64,000 nt of DNA, taken from Malacoraja senta (taxonomy: Eukaryota). Position 1 is the stretch's first letter, and each line of letters opens with the position of its first letter. The stretch is from positions 12,278,001-12,342,000 of the forward strand of contig CM075989.1 in the NCBI GenBank assembly GCA_038087875.1. The letters run 5' to 3'. The translations under genes were made by a program, and so were the position numbers. The notes beneath the pieces are model-generated. The model did no database searches. It saw nothing but the letters and a program-made list of their open reading frames with translations, and was not told where the DNA came from. Positions 1 through 14,744 of this stretch are shown here, piece by piece.

Positions 1-3000
1 ACCATTTAATTGACAAAAGAAACAAGTACACTCATGCAGCACCCTTCATCACTGTGGAATGGCCCAAACATCAACCACCGAGATTCTTCCAGTGCAGGAG
101 TTCAGCCACGAAACCCGGGGTCTTAAAGGCAAGGGTTGGGAAAGTGGAGGGTTAAGGTGCAGACTGAGACTGGGAGAGTTCCACACTCTCTGGAGACAAA
201 ATGGTTCCCTACTACTCGATTTCAGAACAGAGAGAAGTGGACCGGGGACAGCCAGCAGCATCAGAGCTGTAGGTAACCTAGCCAAGAAATGGAGATTTGA
301 GGACAGTTCCAAACACGGCACGGCTCGAGGGAGGCAGACACGCACGAACAGACAAGAAAATAGGAACACAAGGCCATTTGGCCCCTCAAACCTATGATTG
401 TGCTCCAAGCCCCCAACTCCTCTTCCAGTTCCCTGATCTTTCTAAAGTGGAACTGGAGTATTTAATGGGGAAGCTGATGTCAAGGTTGAGTGTTTGACGT
501 GACAATGAACAGGCATTGCTGCCTCAATGCCACACACCCAGGCTTTCAGGAGATGGAGTGAGGGCATCAGTTTTACTATCATCATCGACACATTTCATAG
601 GAACAGCAGGTGGCAGTGTTTCCAATACCATCCAACAATACCCAGGATTCCCATTGCAAAGCCCTCTGAAAACCAAATCCATTTATTATTTTGTTGAATC
701 TTTAAACAAGAGGTCTGGGGTTGAGAGCGGCTCCCCGGATACGATCGAGTGCTTTCAATTAAAACAGCAGCCACACTAATCCAAGCTGCATCCCAGAGGA
801 AATTACTCATTCATTTCTCCACAAGCCCTTGACTCAGATTTATCACTCACACTGTTACTCAACTTCAACATATATTCCACTGCCAAATTTCCTAACCCTC
901 TCTCCTGAAAACACCCTCCCAGAGGAAACAACCGACTACGTAGAGGATCTTTCCTGACGTTGGGGTTACTGACAGTGATCACATCCATTCCTCCAGTTAC
1001 TGTGGTAACCACCCCCAGATATTGTGGCATGTAGCAAGCCGAGAATACTTGCACAACAATAGTTAGCGCACTTTCGAAATATTTGTTGCACTAAACCTTC
1101 TTGGGATTTTCCAGCCATCAAAGTACCAGAGTTACCACATATAAGTGTTGGACAGAGGACTGAAGCTTATACACAAGCATGCACTGCACCACCGTGGAAT
1201 ACCCAGGGTTTTCCCCCATGTGTGGGCGGTGTGTTGAACAGATATTGGTTTCATTGATAATCAGTAACTGGGATTAAAAGGGCTCCAACATTGGCCTCTC
1301 GTGGTGCAGAGGCCAGCTCAACTCCCCCGAGGGATGAAGAATTTAAGCGTCACCCACAGAGCCAAGCACAGAACAATGCAGGCCGGTGCTCTGGTGACAT
1401 ACAGACCTGACACAGCTTCCAGGCAAACGTTAAACCACTTCTCTGATGGACAGAGGGTTCTCATGGTTCAATTTGGTAGGGGAGGTATCTCCATATTCCT
1501 CAAAACAGATTACACACTCGTTATTACTGTACCATTTATGGGAGTTTGCTGGACAAATAACTACCTTGTTTCTGACATCTTACAGGCATTACACATCAGA
1601 TATGTTTCATATTCTGTAAAGCATTCAGGGGCAACCAGCAAGGGTCAAAGAAGATTCTACAAAAATGCAACTTCTTTTAGCAAATGGACATTGAGGGGAC
1701 ATCTGCCAGAGTCCCAAGGATTACTGTTCCCTGAAGGTTTAAGACCCACCAACAGACTCAGTCTATAGAGGGAGAGCTGCATTCACTTCTGCATCAAGAG
1801 AGGGAACCCTGGAGCATGGGTTGTACCTGATCAGATGCCACACCTTCGGAAAGGAGAACAAATGACAAAGTAAAGGCAGGCCCCGGGGAATGTAATGAAC
1901 AGAAGTTCATGCAGTTGTCATCAATTCCAAAAGATTTTAAAAAGTGAAAGCTAAACAACTCAAGATGGCATCTGAACCTTCCCCCATCCACACCAACGAG
2001 CGACACTTTCAACGTAGAATCTCTAGTGTCCTCAGAGGATTGGACCCACTGTGGACTCCCCCAATAAAACATGAAACTACCCTCCCAAAACACAGTGCGA
2101 TGTTCACCACTACATGTCCTCAAAAACCTGGAAGATTTTTGAGGACAAGCCTCAGGCCCACACCCTGCTTTCACCCCCTGGGACACTTGCTATGTTAAAT
2201 GGGCCATGACAAGGTAATTGATCAATTACAAATGTACCCGCTTTTTATAAGCAGATCTGAGCAGAGAGATTATCTGTGCAGTCACTATAATGGTTAATTA
2301 TTTTCTAGTGCTGTCATGATATTCTGTAGTTATCAGTGAACTCAGTGGTGTTGTATTTCCAGTCCTGATTAATCGCAGTAATGGTTTGTACATTCATCCA
2401 GCTCAGTACTTTGTCCACACACAGCTTCCTGACATTCTTGAGATTAGACGTAGATTGCCCAGAGGGAACGAGGTCTGTGTGGACAGGAAGGATGGCTCAG
2501 AATGCTGAGCGAAAAAAGGATCAATGCAGACTCACAGACTGACACGCATTACCCACCACACTTCATTACAGCCAAAGCCAAAAGACCACTCGACCCACTT
2601 TTCAGTAACCTACCTCTGACAGAAACAAGTGTTGGTCTATAGATTCCCTTTCTAGAATGAAATGCAGCAGCTAATTTACCTGCTAGACGCCACAGAGAGT
2701 CACAGGCACAAAGTCTTCATCACTCTCAACACCCATATCTGTTTGCCTCTAGCCAGTTGACACCTCAAGGCAGCTACCCACAGCTTGACAAACCACAGTG
2801 CTTCACGACTAGTGATGTCCTTGCAAAATGTGATCACTGTTGGAACATGGCAAACACTAATCAATTTACAAGTAGCTTAAAAAAATAAATGACCGGATAA
2901 TTGGGTGTTTTGTGCATGAACACAAGTTTGAACACTGGGATCCTATGAACCTATCCCATTGGCCTGGTCTTTTCTGTATCAAAGCAACAGAACATATCAG

Positions 3001-4944
3001 CTCAATATAAGCTCTATCTGAGAGGCAGCACCCGAGAGAGGTTTCAGGAAGCTCTGCCTCAGGAAAGCAGCCAATATCACAGACCCACATCGCCCTGGCT
3101 ATGCTCTCAACTTGCTGCTGCTGTCAGAAAGGTAGTACAGAAGAACCATGACCTCAGGGTTCAAGAACAGTTTCTTCCCATCAAACATCAGGCTCTGGAA
3201 CTACATGCATAGCCCCAATCAAAACCCTACTTTGCATAGCTTGCTTGCGACATTATGATCTGATTAATTAGTATGACTGATAATTTATTGTATCATTGTT
3301 TGCTGTATTTTTTTTTGTGATGGTGTTGCGTTTAATGTGCCTGTAAAACTGCAGCAAGTAAAAATGTCATGGTTTCATTCCTTGTACAAACACTCTTGAT
3401 GGTATAGTGCTCCTTTGGTACCACACCAAGGGGGCTTGTCTCAAGCGAGAGAATTTCTCCCATTGAACCCCTGCCCGAACAGAATGAATAATTTGAGGAT
3501 CAAAGAGTTGGATGCGAATAGACAGCTCAAATAAAATGAATAAATTACTAATTTTTTCTTGAAATCTCTCTCAAACAGAGCAGAAAAGCTTTGTTCTGGC
3601 TCGTCTGTGGGTAAGTGCGTCATCCCTTATTGATGAAAATTTCTATCATCTGCGGAAACCAACATTAACATAACTAATGGTGTGGTATAAACAGGGATAA
3701 TTCATAAATATTCCCGCTGAATGCAGAACGAAATAATATTATGTATCACATCAAGATCTGCCAGCAGGCTACATACGATCCATTAGGGCTGGCATGTAAA
3801 GTGCGTTTAATTGGTTTGTTAATTGCTTACAATTTTAAAGTGGCCTTTTCCTCAAAGTACCCACATTTCTGTAGCGTCAGTGACGATTGGTGCTTCTGTC
3901 CACACTTTAACTGTGTTTCCATTGGGAATTCTGTTCCCACTAACACAAGTTGAGCCCAGTGTTGAGCTGATGAATTGGACTTCATAGGTTCCCTCCAGGC
4001 AGACGGATAAATGTTCCCAAAGCACTGTCACAAGAGTGTTGGGATTGAGTGCCAGCTCCAGCAGATGTGACACTGGTGCAATTGGCATATAGAGCTGTTC
4101 AAACATGGAGCTCCCAGCAGCACCTACGTAAATAGGTACTTGCACGTTTACAAATTTTGGCTGGATATATTCCTGGGGAAGATTGGGCCAGTGGGTGACA
4201 CAAGCCCAGCATCTGGGACACAGATGTTGCAGGTGGACTAGTGGCATCAATTAGAGTCGTCCTCTGTCTGCTCCCCTCATGACACCCAATTGTAAACCCC
4301 AGCATCCCTGACAAAGCTCACTCACCCTGGCTATTTAAAGTTTGGTCTTCACCATATTCTGCAGGGACTATGCACATTGTGCAAGACCCTTCAGCTGAGC
4401 GACTCTGCCATTGTGCATCAGTCAGGCCATCAGGTCACCCCTGATGAAAATTATGAAGCAGTATCTGGGAACGAGCTTTTTACAAACAAAAGGACAGAGT
4501 TCCCTGTTTAAAATGCATCAACATGTTCATTCGCCACAGAACACTGTGTGCTGAAGGAGGATCAGATATCAGTAGTGGGAGGAAATTGTGATGTCTGCTA
4601 CAATGAGGCAGGTTACACCACGTTCTCTGGCAGAAGCAAGCGGCTGCTTTCTGTGTGCAGGGCTCCTCACTATACAGCAAAAACACAGAAAACTGGAACT
4701 GGAGGCAAGAGAGCAAGTCTCCACATCAATTTAAAACCAGGGTGGGGCAATCTGTTTGTCTTATAGTGGCTGACAAACAGACTGTTTATTCTTCCTTGCC
4801 TTGCTACTTCATTAGGTTTCTGTTTCTCATTCTCCTCTTTTGGTGAAGTTTCAGCCCAGGTTTGGTGAAGCTCCACAGATGCCATCAGGCACAGCTTGGC
4901 AGCACAGCGCCTGAGATAGCCAGGAATTCCAGCAACAGCCTGGA

Positions 4945-6575
4945 CTTATGGTGGAGTCAATCGTCGAGTCGGAGACAGAGCAATTTTGGTGCTGCTGGAG
5001 TCTGTAAAAAAGTCCCGACTCCGACATCAGCATAAATTTCAGAGACTGCATAAATTGGAAAAAATCCCACTTTTTAAACATACCGCACACTTTATTTCCA
5101 CCCAGAAAATTAGAAATCACATCGGCGCTGTCATCTGGCGGCAGAACGACGAGAAACAAAACGTAAACAAACGCCTTCACCAGCTGATTTCCCTCCACCT
5201 GCTACTGAGTGAACATGTCTGGATAATTTCTGAATTCAAAAGGGAAATTTAGTCATTCATTTATGGGGAAATATATTATAAATGAATATAGATTACAAAA
5301 ATGTCCATGATTTACTGCAAAAAAATCGTCAGTGATGATTAATTCCTTCTCAACAGCAGTAAACACTAGTCTTGGCAAAGCGTGAAAGAATTTGGTAATT
5401 TTTCGCCAATACAAACCATAATTTCTACTTTCAGTGGGATGCTTGACACAATATTCTAGGTTAAAAGGTTAGTAAGGGGTTGAGTAATGACGGGGAAAAA
5501 AGGTTAATTCTCATTTAGGAATAAGTATAGTGAACACCAGCTAACCTAAACTAACGGGGGACTGCGTCCCCTTGACCCCGCCTAATCCCTTAAAACAAAT
5601 GTCCTCAGATTATTTAATTACCAATGAATAGAGACTACTAAAGTGAGTTAGTAAAGGCAAGTAAAGTATGTCAGTTCTTCCACATGTACTTTAACCCCAT
5701 ATTTTGTGATGTATAAAAGATGTTAATAATTCCATTTCAGGCATTATTCATTCACCAATGTCATTAATTCTTTTCTTTTACAGGAACAAAATTTGAGTCA
5801 ATTCAAAATTTCCCAAGTTAGCAAGTTTGAAATCCAAAGCCCCTTTCTCAATGGCAAAGAAAACTCCAACCAGATCTGCTGTTTTTGAATATTTTACAAT
5901 AACTACAGATGGAAAACATCTTGTATGTCAGTGTATGATAGAAGATGATGACGGTGAAAGATAGTGTGAAACAAAACTCAGTTGTTTCTCTGGCTCGGAT
6001 AAAAATGCTCCAATAAGAGCTTCAAATTTGAAAAGACATTTGCAGCGTTTACAACTTCTAAAATTTTAGGGTGGAAACGCAAAAAAAATCTCCTGAGGGA
6101 CAACCCGGACAAGCATCACTTACAAGGTTCATTACTACAGACAAAGTAACTGTAACAATGACCACAGAAATGTTTAAGAAACACCTTATCGAACTTGTAG
6201 TAAGAAATGGTGTAGCCTTAACTTTATTATCACAACCAGCCTTTCTAGGCCTAAATGGAGAAATGGCTAAGAAACTAGGAGTTTCTCTTATACTTGAAGA
6301 CTTATACTTGAAGAAGCCAAGAATGAAAAGGAAAAGCTTCGAAAAACTCTAAAGGGGCGGTTCAGGTTCATTAAAAATGGATGCCACCACTCGTCACAGG
6401 GTTAACTAATTTGCCATCAATGCTAGATTTGTTGATGAAAACAATAAAATAGTAACTCGGACATTAGGAGTAAAGGACACCAAGGCACATCATGAGAGCA
6501 TTTATCTCCAGAACTTAGTGGAAGAAATTTTGAAAGATTCTGAAATTAACAAAGACCAGATTCTATGCACCGATA
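4945..6575 (+). mobile_element. Decayed hAT DNA transposon (BED-finger transposase pseudogene)
   Basis: From ATG 5851: MAKKTPTRSAVFEYF..HLVCQC..C..ASNLKRHLQ (BED zinc finger), then FKKHLIELVVRNG and, after frameshifts, KMDATTRHRVN*FAIN..RTLGVKD..H (hAT catalytic region), with stops. GGAGTC/GACTCC subterminal repeats at ~4950-5025. Left boundary approximate; 3' part missing. Confidence 0.75.
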
Positions 6576-9500
6576 AGTTATGGAACATCTTTAAGATAAT
6601 AAAAAACCTGAGGAAATGTTTCAGGTCGGTATCCTTCTTCAGACTGATGGAGTAGAGGAGTGATAGCCAGCATAGTAGGCCTCATCATCAGTATCTTTCA
6701 CGGTATGTTTTCCCTACCGTCAAGCAGGAGGTCCAGAAGACTGAAGTCCCACCAGGTTCAGGAATGGCTACCTTCCTATAACCACCAGGTTCTTGAACCA
6801 ATTTGCACAACCCTAATCCATCTCAACAAAGGAATACTATAGTCCACCTCTTGCACTACCATGGACTAGTTTTTTCCCCCCAATTGTATATTGCACTAAC
6901 ATCTTTGTTATTGCAGATTTTTCTATTTTACTGTCTTGCAGAATTTATGCATAATTTATATTGTGTGCTGTCTGAGTTTATGTGCCTGGGGTACTACTGC
7001 AAGCAACGTTTTCATTGTAGCTGTACTTTACCGTACATGGGCACGTCAATAAACTCAACCTGAATGGATAATGATTTCCCACAGGCTCTTTGACTATGGG
7101 TCTATCGCACCAAGTTCAATCCTGTCCATCCCATCATATGGCCTGACATGCAGGATTTACAAGGCAGAGATTAAACAATAAGGGGCACAGCTAAATATCA
7201 ACTTTCTGACCATGGGGCTGGGCCAGTAGTGGCTTATTACTGCCATTGACAGGCAGTAAAACATCTCCCATTTGCCCATCCACGCTCCTCAAAACCCAAA
7301 TCGGCTGATAAGTCACCTCAATGCTTGTTACTTAATAAATTCTCTTGTGGGGTGTATTGAGAGGAGTTGCCAAGCCAAAGATGTTATATAAATACAAGTT
7401 ACAGTTGTCAATTTAGATACTCAATATATAAGCTTCAGGAGAAAGCCCAGCTACATTGAAATATTAAATCCCAAAGGTCTTGGAATAACAACAGCTCCTT
7501 TCCACACATGGTGTTATATTCCGTGCAACAGTGAAACACGTGGATATGGTATAATAATGAAAGGATGCACGAGTTGAAGATTTGGTTGTCATGACATCGT
7601 CTGGTACTATAGAACTGAAGTTACCAAGGAGATTAGATAATTGCTTTTTTAAACACATACTGTTCTATGTAAATGATTCAAGCCTTCAACTTGGAGGTTT
7701 TGAAACAGAATCACTACTTCATTTTTTTTTGATAATCAGTTTCCACAGTGAGAAATCAGTTAGAGGGGAATACTCTATAGCTAATGGGTCTTTTTGCTGG
7801 TCGGCAGGCATCCGGAGAATCATTCGGAAGCCACATAATTTATCTTCTGCAATGCCAGGTCCTTGGCTTGCAAACTGGGGATGGGGAAGAGGCACTAAGA
7901 GAAGCACTAAGTGCTTAGAAATCGAGTGGAGAATGGGAGGGGGTTATGGATGAACAGGACCCTCTGAAGTGGGATACATCACATTTGGGACTCTCTTTGA
8001 AAGATCAATGCAAACCCAACCGCATCTCCCTGACCCATTCACGATTTCTCCAACTCCTTTATTCTACAAAACGTAATTTTGGAAGTTCTGATTGACTTTG
8101 ATATCCGAAGCCATCAGTGGGTGCCTGGGGAGAGAATTTTTAAAAACCTTAACTGCTCCCCCCCCCCCCTCCCCCCCTGTGAATAAATGGCCTAAACCAC
8201 CTAGCTCTGATTTTAGAATTGCATCCCCTCATTCTTGATTCCCCATTAGGAGAAATAGTTCTTCATTATCAAGCCTACCCAATCTGTCCATCATTTTAAA
8301 CATCTCACCCCTCAGTCTTCTGCAGCCCATCTACGACAGGTCCTGTGACCCAGCACGATCAGCCAGTGCAGCATTTTGGGGACTGAGCGTTGCTGATACA
8401 TCCTCCAACCCAGACAAAGCAGATCTCACGACCACCAAGGTCCAACCACTGGGTGTAGAACCCTGTCCCATGCTGTCGCTGCTGTGAAAATATTACTGAG
8501 GATATATTAAGGGTGGAGCTGTGGAGGAAGGCTGGAAGAATCACAGAGCCAGGAGGCCACAGCTCACAACTCATTTCTCTGGAAAATTATACCAAATGAA
8601 CCAGACTCGGAGCTAGGATTAAGGGAGAGTTCACAAACGTGTTTACATATGAACACAAATTAAGAGCAGAAGTATGCAATGTTCAAGCATTCTTTGCCAT
8701 ATAACAAGGTCATGGCTGATCTGGTTGTAACCTCAACTGCACATTCCTACCTACCCACAGCAAGCTTTCACCTCTGCATACCTGGGAACAAAGTGTTGAA
8801 GTAACTCAGTGGGTCAAGTAGCATCTCAGGCGAATATGGATAGATGACATTTCAGGGCAGGACCCTTCTTCAGATTAATAGTAGTAGGGGACAGAAAGCT
8901 GGAAAAGAGGCAGGGAATGAGCAGGTCAGGCGAGTGTTAGTTAGGTGGATACATGAGGGGAGATCTCAGTCCTTGTTTCGGCCTCACCCGATTTCCAGCC
9001 TTCCCTCCCCTACTACTATTAGTCGGAAGGAGTGACCCGACCCAAAATCTTGCTTATCCATGTCTTCCAGAGACGTTGTCTGACCCACTGCGGACTTTAA
9101 TGGGGGCAAGCCGTGCAAAACACTGACTGAAGCTCCAACGCTCAACGTGTTGCAACAGGGAGCATTTGCTCAGGAATTCCCAAACAGATGAATTCCTGAG
9201 CCTGACCAATCATGGCCCCGGGCAACGTGCCATCCAAACCAGTTGCATTCCAGTCTCAAGAACAAAAACAGAATACCATTCCCAGCAGTGAATTAAGACC
9301 AAACCGAAGGTCACCACTTCCAGCGACCTTGTTTTACAACCAAAGATTGCCCTACACCACTTTGAAGGCGAGTTAAACACTTGAGGGAAAATTGTGGATT
9401 AGTGAAGAAAATGTTTAGAATGCAGAGGTACAGAGATCGAGTGTGATCAGTATTGGTGGCCTGCTCGACTGAGTAGTGGCTGAGGGGGGTGACCAAACAC

Positions 9501-10847
9501 CAATGTGGTTCAGTCACATGCTAACCTGTGGTGGGTACTGGTTCACAGGACACGTCGTCAAGTTGCTGCCACCTTTGGGCAGAAGGTACAGAAGCCTCAA
9601 GTCCCACGCCACTAGGAACAGCTACTTTCCCAAAACTATCCGGTTCTTGAACTAACCTGCGCAACAACAGGAATATGTTCAACAACATAAAGAATATTAT
9701 GCATCACCTCTTTCTCGACCTTGGACTTCTTAATTTTGTTAATTGTGTTTTTCACTAACATCTTGTTTTTTGGCAGCGTCCTTTTTCTTTTTACAGTCGT
9801 GCAGATTATCGTGCTTTGTGTGTTTGTCTGAGTCTATGTGCCATCAATACTGCTGCAAGCAAGATTTTCATTGTACCTGCACCACACCCTACTTGTGCAG
9901 ATGAGAATAAACTCAACGGCTGATCCATAGAACTTCACCAACATCTTGCATTTATACAGTAAAATGAAGATGTACTTCACAGGAACGAGCTGACCACAAG
10001 CCACAGGTGGAGACAAGTGCCGAGTCAAAGAGATAGGTTTTGAGCAGAGGGGAGAGGCTGAAGGGTTTCACAGGGAATGTCCAAACCCGGGGCCCCGGCA
10101 GCTGAAGGCACACCCACCAGTGGTGGAGCCATTAAAATCAGGGATGTGAAGAAGCCAGAGTTGGATTGGTGGAGAATCCTCAGAACTACAGGCCCGGCGA
10201 GGGGCAAAGAATGACGTGAGAATAAGAACAAACATGTTAACACAGAAGCGTTTAAAGGAAGAAGGCAGCTCTGTAACCATTTGAATTGAGGGGGTAAATA
10301 TAAAATGACATTTCTTTGTTAGTGTTAATGAAATGAAGTGTGGAAAGGACCAAAGTTTCCCCAGTATTTGTAGGAACCGCCCCCAGCTGCATAGCTGGAT
10401 CAAGTTCACACTGTCACGGGATGGAAAGGAGAGGCGAGATACCCAAAATAAACAGTCACTCCCTGACATGAGGCACAGTACTGATTCCAACAGTCATATC
10501 ACTTACATAATTCAAACAGATCACTTCAGCAGATGATCTGCAGTCTCAAGTGCTCGAGGTCACCGTGACAAGTGGTTCACCCTCTGCCCATAACCTCCAC
10601 ACTTGTGGCACAGCTGGTGGGTGGGGTTGTATTGGTGGAGGGTGGAATGTTGATTAAATACCAGAACTCTGTTCTCTTAGCTTGTGAACTTTCGTACCAA
10701 CAATGAATGTTTTTAGCACTGAAGGAGGGCTGCATAACATGAGTACAAAATTCATTAGCCAGAGAGAGATCATTCTGTGGAAATCATTGCCACAGATAAC
10801 TGTGGAGACCAAGTCATTGTTTCTTTTTTAAATAGAGATTGATAGGT

Positions 10848-11114
10848 CCGCTTGGGTAGTCTGCATCCTGGGGGCATGAACATTGAATTCTCCCAATTTT
10901 GCTAGCCCTTGCTGTCTCCTCCCCTTCCTCAGCCCTCGGGCTGTCTCCTCCCATCCCTCAGCCCTCGGGCTCCTCCTCCGCCTTTTTTCTTTTCCTTTCT
11001 TCTCCCCACCCCCCATCAGTCTGAAGAAGGGTTTCGGCCCGAAACGTTGCCTATTTCCTTCGCTCCATAGATACTGCTGCACCCGCTGAGTTTCTCCAGC
11101 ATTTTTGTGTACCT
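10848..11114 (+). mobile_element. Penelope-like element 3' fragment (GIY-YIG C-terminus plus pLTR with hammerhead motif) inserted into a CR1 fragment
   Basis: Encodes RLGSLHPGGMNIEFSQFC* (resembles the PLE endonuclease C-terminus), then a pyrimidine tract and CTGAAGAAGGGTTTCGGCCCGAAACGTT. Flanked by the 10-bp direct repeat ATTGATAGGT (10838-10847, 11115-11124). Confidence 0.8.
11018..11051 (+). ncRNA. Minimal hammerhead ribozyme motif (Penelope-associated)
   Basis: CUGAAGA - stem II GGGU/GCCC with UUCG loop - GAAA - palindromic ACGU - H. Activity not shown. Confidence 0.65.
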
Positions 11115-11586
11115 ATTGATAGGTTCTTGATCAGTATGAATGTCAAAGGTTAAGGGAGAAAGCAGAAGAATAGTGTTGAAAGGGAAATATACATCAGCCA
11201 TGATTGAATGGCACAGCAGACTCAAGGGGGGGGAAGGGGGGAAATGGCATAATTCTGCTCCTTTGTCTTACGACCACCTGTGTAAATGTTGAGTTTCTTT
11301 GGAAGATAGATACAAAGTGCTGAAGTAACTCAGCGGGTCAGGCAGCATCTCCAGAGAAAAATGATGGGTGACGTTTTGCGTCGGGACCCTTCTTCAGACT
11401 AAACTCTCTGTCTCTCTCCCCACCTTTACCCAAATCCTTCCTTCCTTCTGAAACGCCTCAGCCAGACCCATCCAGTCCCCAAGCAACGCTGAATTGGAAC
11501 TGACATCGATTCCAGGAAACAAGGACAACCTCCTGGATGCTATCAAACGGAAGAGAACACCAGGAACAACATGTTTAAATGATGTC

Positions 11587-12160
11587 ATAGAGTGATACAA
11601 CGTGGAAACAGGCCCTTCAGCCCAACTTGCCCACAATTGCCAACATGTCTCAGCTACATTAAACCCACCTGCCCGCATTTGGTCCATATCCCACCAAACC
11701 TGTCCTATCCATGTACCTGTCTAACTGTTTCTTAAACGTTGGGATAGTCCCTGCCTCAACTACCTCTGGCAGCTTGTTCCATACACCCATCACGCTTTGT
11801 GTGAAAACGTTACCCCTCAAGATTCCTATTAAATCTTTTCCCCTTCACCTTAAACCTATATCCTCTGGTCCTTGATTCACCTACTTTGGGCAAGACTCTG
11901 TGCATCTACTTGATCTATTCCTCTCATGATTTTATACACCTCTATAAGATCACCCATCACCCTCCTGCTCTCCAAGGAATAGAGTCCCAGCCGACTTAAC
12001 CTCTCCCTATAGCTCAGACCTTCTAGTCCTGGCAACATCCTTGTAAATCTTCATGTACCCTTTTCAGCTTGACAAAACATTTCCTATAACATGGTGCCCA
12101 GAACTGAACACAATACTCTAAATGCAGCCTCACCAATGCCTTATACAACTGCAACTCGAC
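11587..12160 (-). mobile_element. CR1 LINE 3' fragment
   Basis: Reverse complement resembles the CR1 ORF2 C-terminus and 3'UTR of the copy at 45132-47312; degenerate. Confidence 0.8.
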
Positions 12161-12779
12161 CTCCAAACAGACAATGCCTTCCACATTTGATCAATGCAAC
12201 TTGTTCACATTAACACCTTCAGACACGCAATCATCCTGGTGAATCTGCTACAAACAAGTACCTCACTGCTGAGAACTGTTTACATCACCATTGAGCGCCT
12301 ACAACAAAGGCAGCTTTAGGAGATATGCAAATTTTGACAGGTGCCAGATGGTGAAATGCAAGAGGCAACCTCCTAAAGTGCAGCTATCAATTACACTGTA
12401 ATTACGAATCACCCTCAAGTAGATCATTCAGTTTACCCCCAATGGCAGTCACCGCAGGTAGCACTGTTATCTAGCAGCATTAACCTTCCAATAACCTGTG
12501 CACTAATACACAGCCTTGGTCCAAACACGAGCCAAAGAACAAATTCCAAAGGAGAGTGTGACTACCATTGATAATAGCAAGACGTCTGACAATGCAAAAA
12601 ACAAAGTGCTGGAGGAAATTAGAGTCAACATCTAAAGTTCCTTGTGTCAACATTTGACAAAGTGCGGCTTCAAGAAGCCCTGGTGAAACCATGGCCAACT
12701 TGCACAAAAGGGAAATGGCACCAACCACTGGTGTCATACAAAGGAAGATAGCTGTGACCCCCAAATCAATCATCCCAGA

Positions 12780-13200
12780 CCCAGGACCCCACTGCAGAAG
12801 TTCCTCAGGGCAGTGTCCAAGGTCCGTCCACCTTCAACTGCTTCACCAATGACCTTCCATCCATCGGTCAGAAGAGGGGGAAGTTCACCGATGATTGCAC
12901 GATGGTCAATTCTGTTGACAACACCTTAATGAACAAGTCCATGGCTGCCTGTAGAAATCCCTAGACAATATTCAAGTGATAAGTAACACTCACATCAGGT
13001 GATGGCTACCACCAATAAAAGAGACTCAGGCCACCTGTCCTCGACATTCAATGTCATTACCATCGCGGAGACCATCAACATCCTGGGGGTCACCAATAAC
13101 CAGTCCGAACCAGGCACGTAAATGCTGTAGCTACAAAAGCAGATACATCCAGCGGTGTGACTTACTCCCCAATATCCCAAACCTTTCCCACCATCCAAAT
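12780..13200 (+). mobile_element. Old CR1-group LINE RT fragment
   Basis: Degenerate VPQGSV.GP..F.CFTNDLP and FTDDC RT motifs. A related decayed piece lies at ~40950-41680. Confidence 0.55.
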
Positions 13201-14744
13201 GAGTAGAAATAGAGCTTACAGCATTCTCAATATTTATGGACAGCTGCCCTTCAACTGAGTGACTTGTTGGTCAATTAATGGCTAACTACACAAACCAGGT
13301 AAAGACAGCAGATTCCCTTCTCTGGAACAGATGACGACGTAAATTGGTTCAAAATGACAATCACCAGTACTAGTACCAGCTCTATAACCATGTTTATTGA
13401 ACTAAAAGCATATTATACAGCTGCCTTGGGGTGACATTCATTTCACTGGGGCCAACAGTGCAGTAACTAAACCAATATCTTGCTGCCGCCCAGAAATTGT
13501 TGGCTGTTCTTTGTTGGGGAATGAGGGGTGTAAGTGGAAATGACCCCTTTCCACATTTTTCAGCACTTTCCTGCCACGATGTAGATGCTGCTGATTGCTG
13601 GAGGCACACAGGAAGCACCACAGGCAGCAACAAAGCAGTGACTGAAGCCACACCGAGCAGGACGGGGGAAAATTCAATTTCTCATCCTGAGGTGGGATCT
13701 ATTACAACCCGAGATCTAGCTCGACATTCACTTCTTCAAACGAAGGCAATACAAGTTGTACAGCAATCAGGGTGTGTGTGCTCAAGTACCTGAACCCAGA
13801 ATTTGACTCAAAGCCACCGTTGACAATCAAACTTGCGGTCATCACTTCCTGAGGTAAAGTTTGAAAACTACCCTCCTGAAAATTTCATGATAGCCACTAC
13901 AGATAACATTTCATAATTCCAGAAGACTGGAACCAAAATTTCCACTGGAGATGATCAATATTAAATGATTCCCTTGGGGAATGTTCTCTTGATGGCCTGT
14001 CAGCATATTCACTTTCCAGAATGATTCTTTCCACAGAGGAACAATCTATTATCCATTTGATCATTACTTAATTCCCAGAATTTTCATATTTAACATTTTT
14101 ATTGTGCAGACATGCATACCTGCAGTTTCAATGCAGTTAAGACTTGAAATATGTGGCAACCGTCCACCAAATATTTCTTAGATTAAGTAAAGCTGATCCC
14201 TACTTCTACGAGCTCGTCATAAGTAAATATTTTTGTTACAAATACAGTGCTGTGTAGCAGTTGCAGCTGAATACAGGGTCACCAGCACAAACAGAGAATT
14301 AGAAGCTCTGCTCAGCCATTTGATAAGGTCGTGGCTGATCTGACTGTGACCTCAACTCCATGTTCTCACCAACCTAAGGTAACTTTTTACCTACTTTGTT
14401 TATCAAGAACCTCTCCATCTTTAAAAACTGCAAAGATACTACTTCGGTAATATCGTAATTTGTTTCAGATTCTCAACCACATTCTTGAGCAACCCACTGG
14501 CATTTCTCCTGTTATCTGGTACACAACTCCCTGCATCCTCATACACCACCTGCACAAATGAGCAGTGCAATTTGAACTCACATCTTCAGATTAATAGGAT
14601 GGGTCACTGGATGACAGTCCAATAGATAAACACAATATCTCTGTATCTTAAATTAGGAATTAAATAACAGAAATGTAAAAACAAGGTAGGAGCTGCATTT
14701 TTTTTTTTAATTTAGGCAGTTCCAGCTAGGTATCCCAGCCTATA

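Noticed and set aside
1..4900. Several 100-155 aa ORFs; searched for MAP2K1 exon 2
   Set aside because: No TNLEALQKKLEEL or kinase motif and no recognisable domain; treated as intron 1 sequence.
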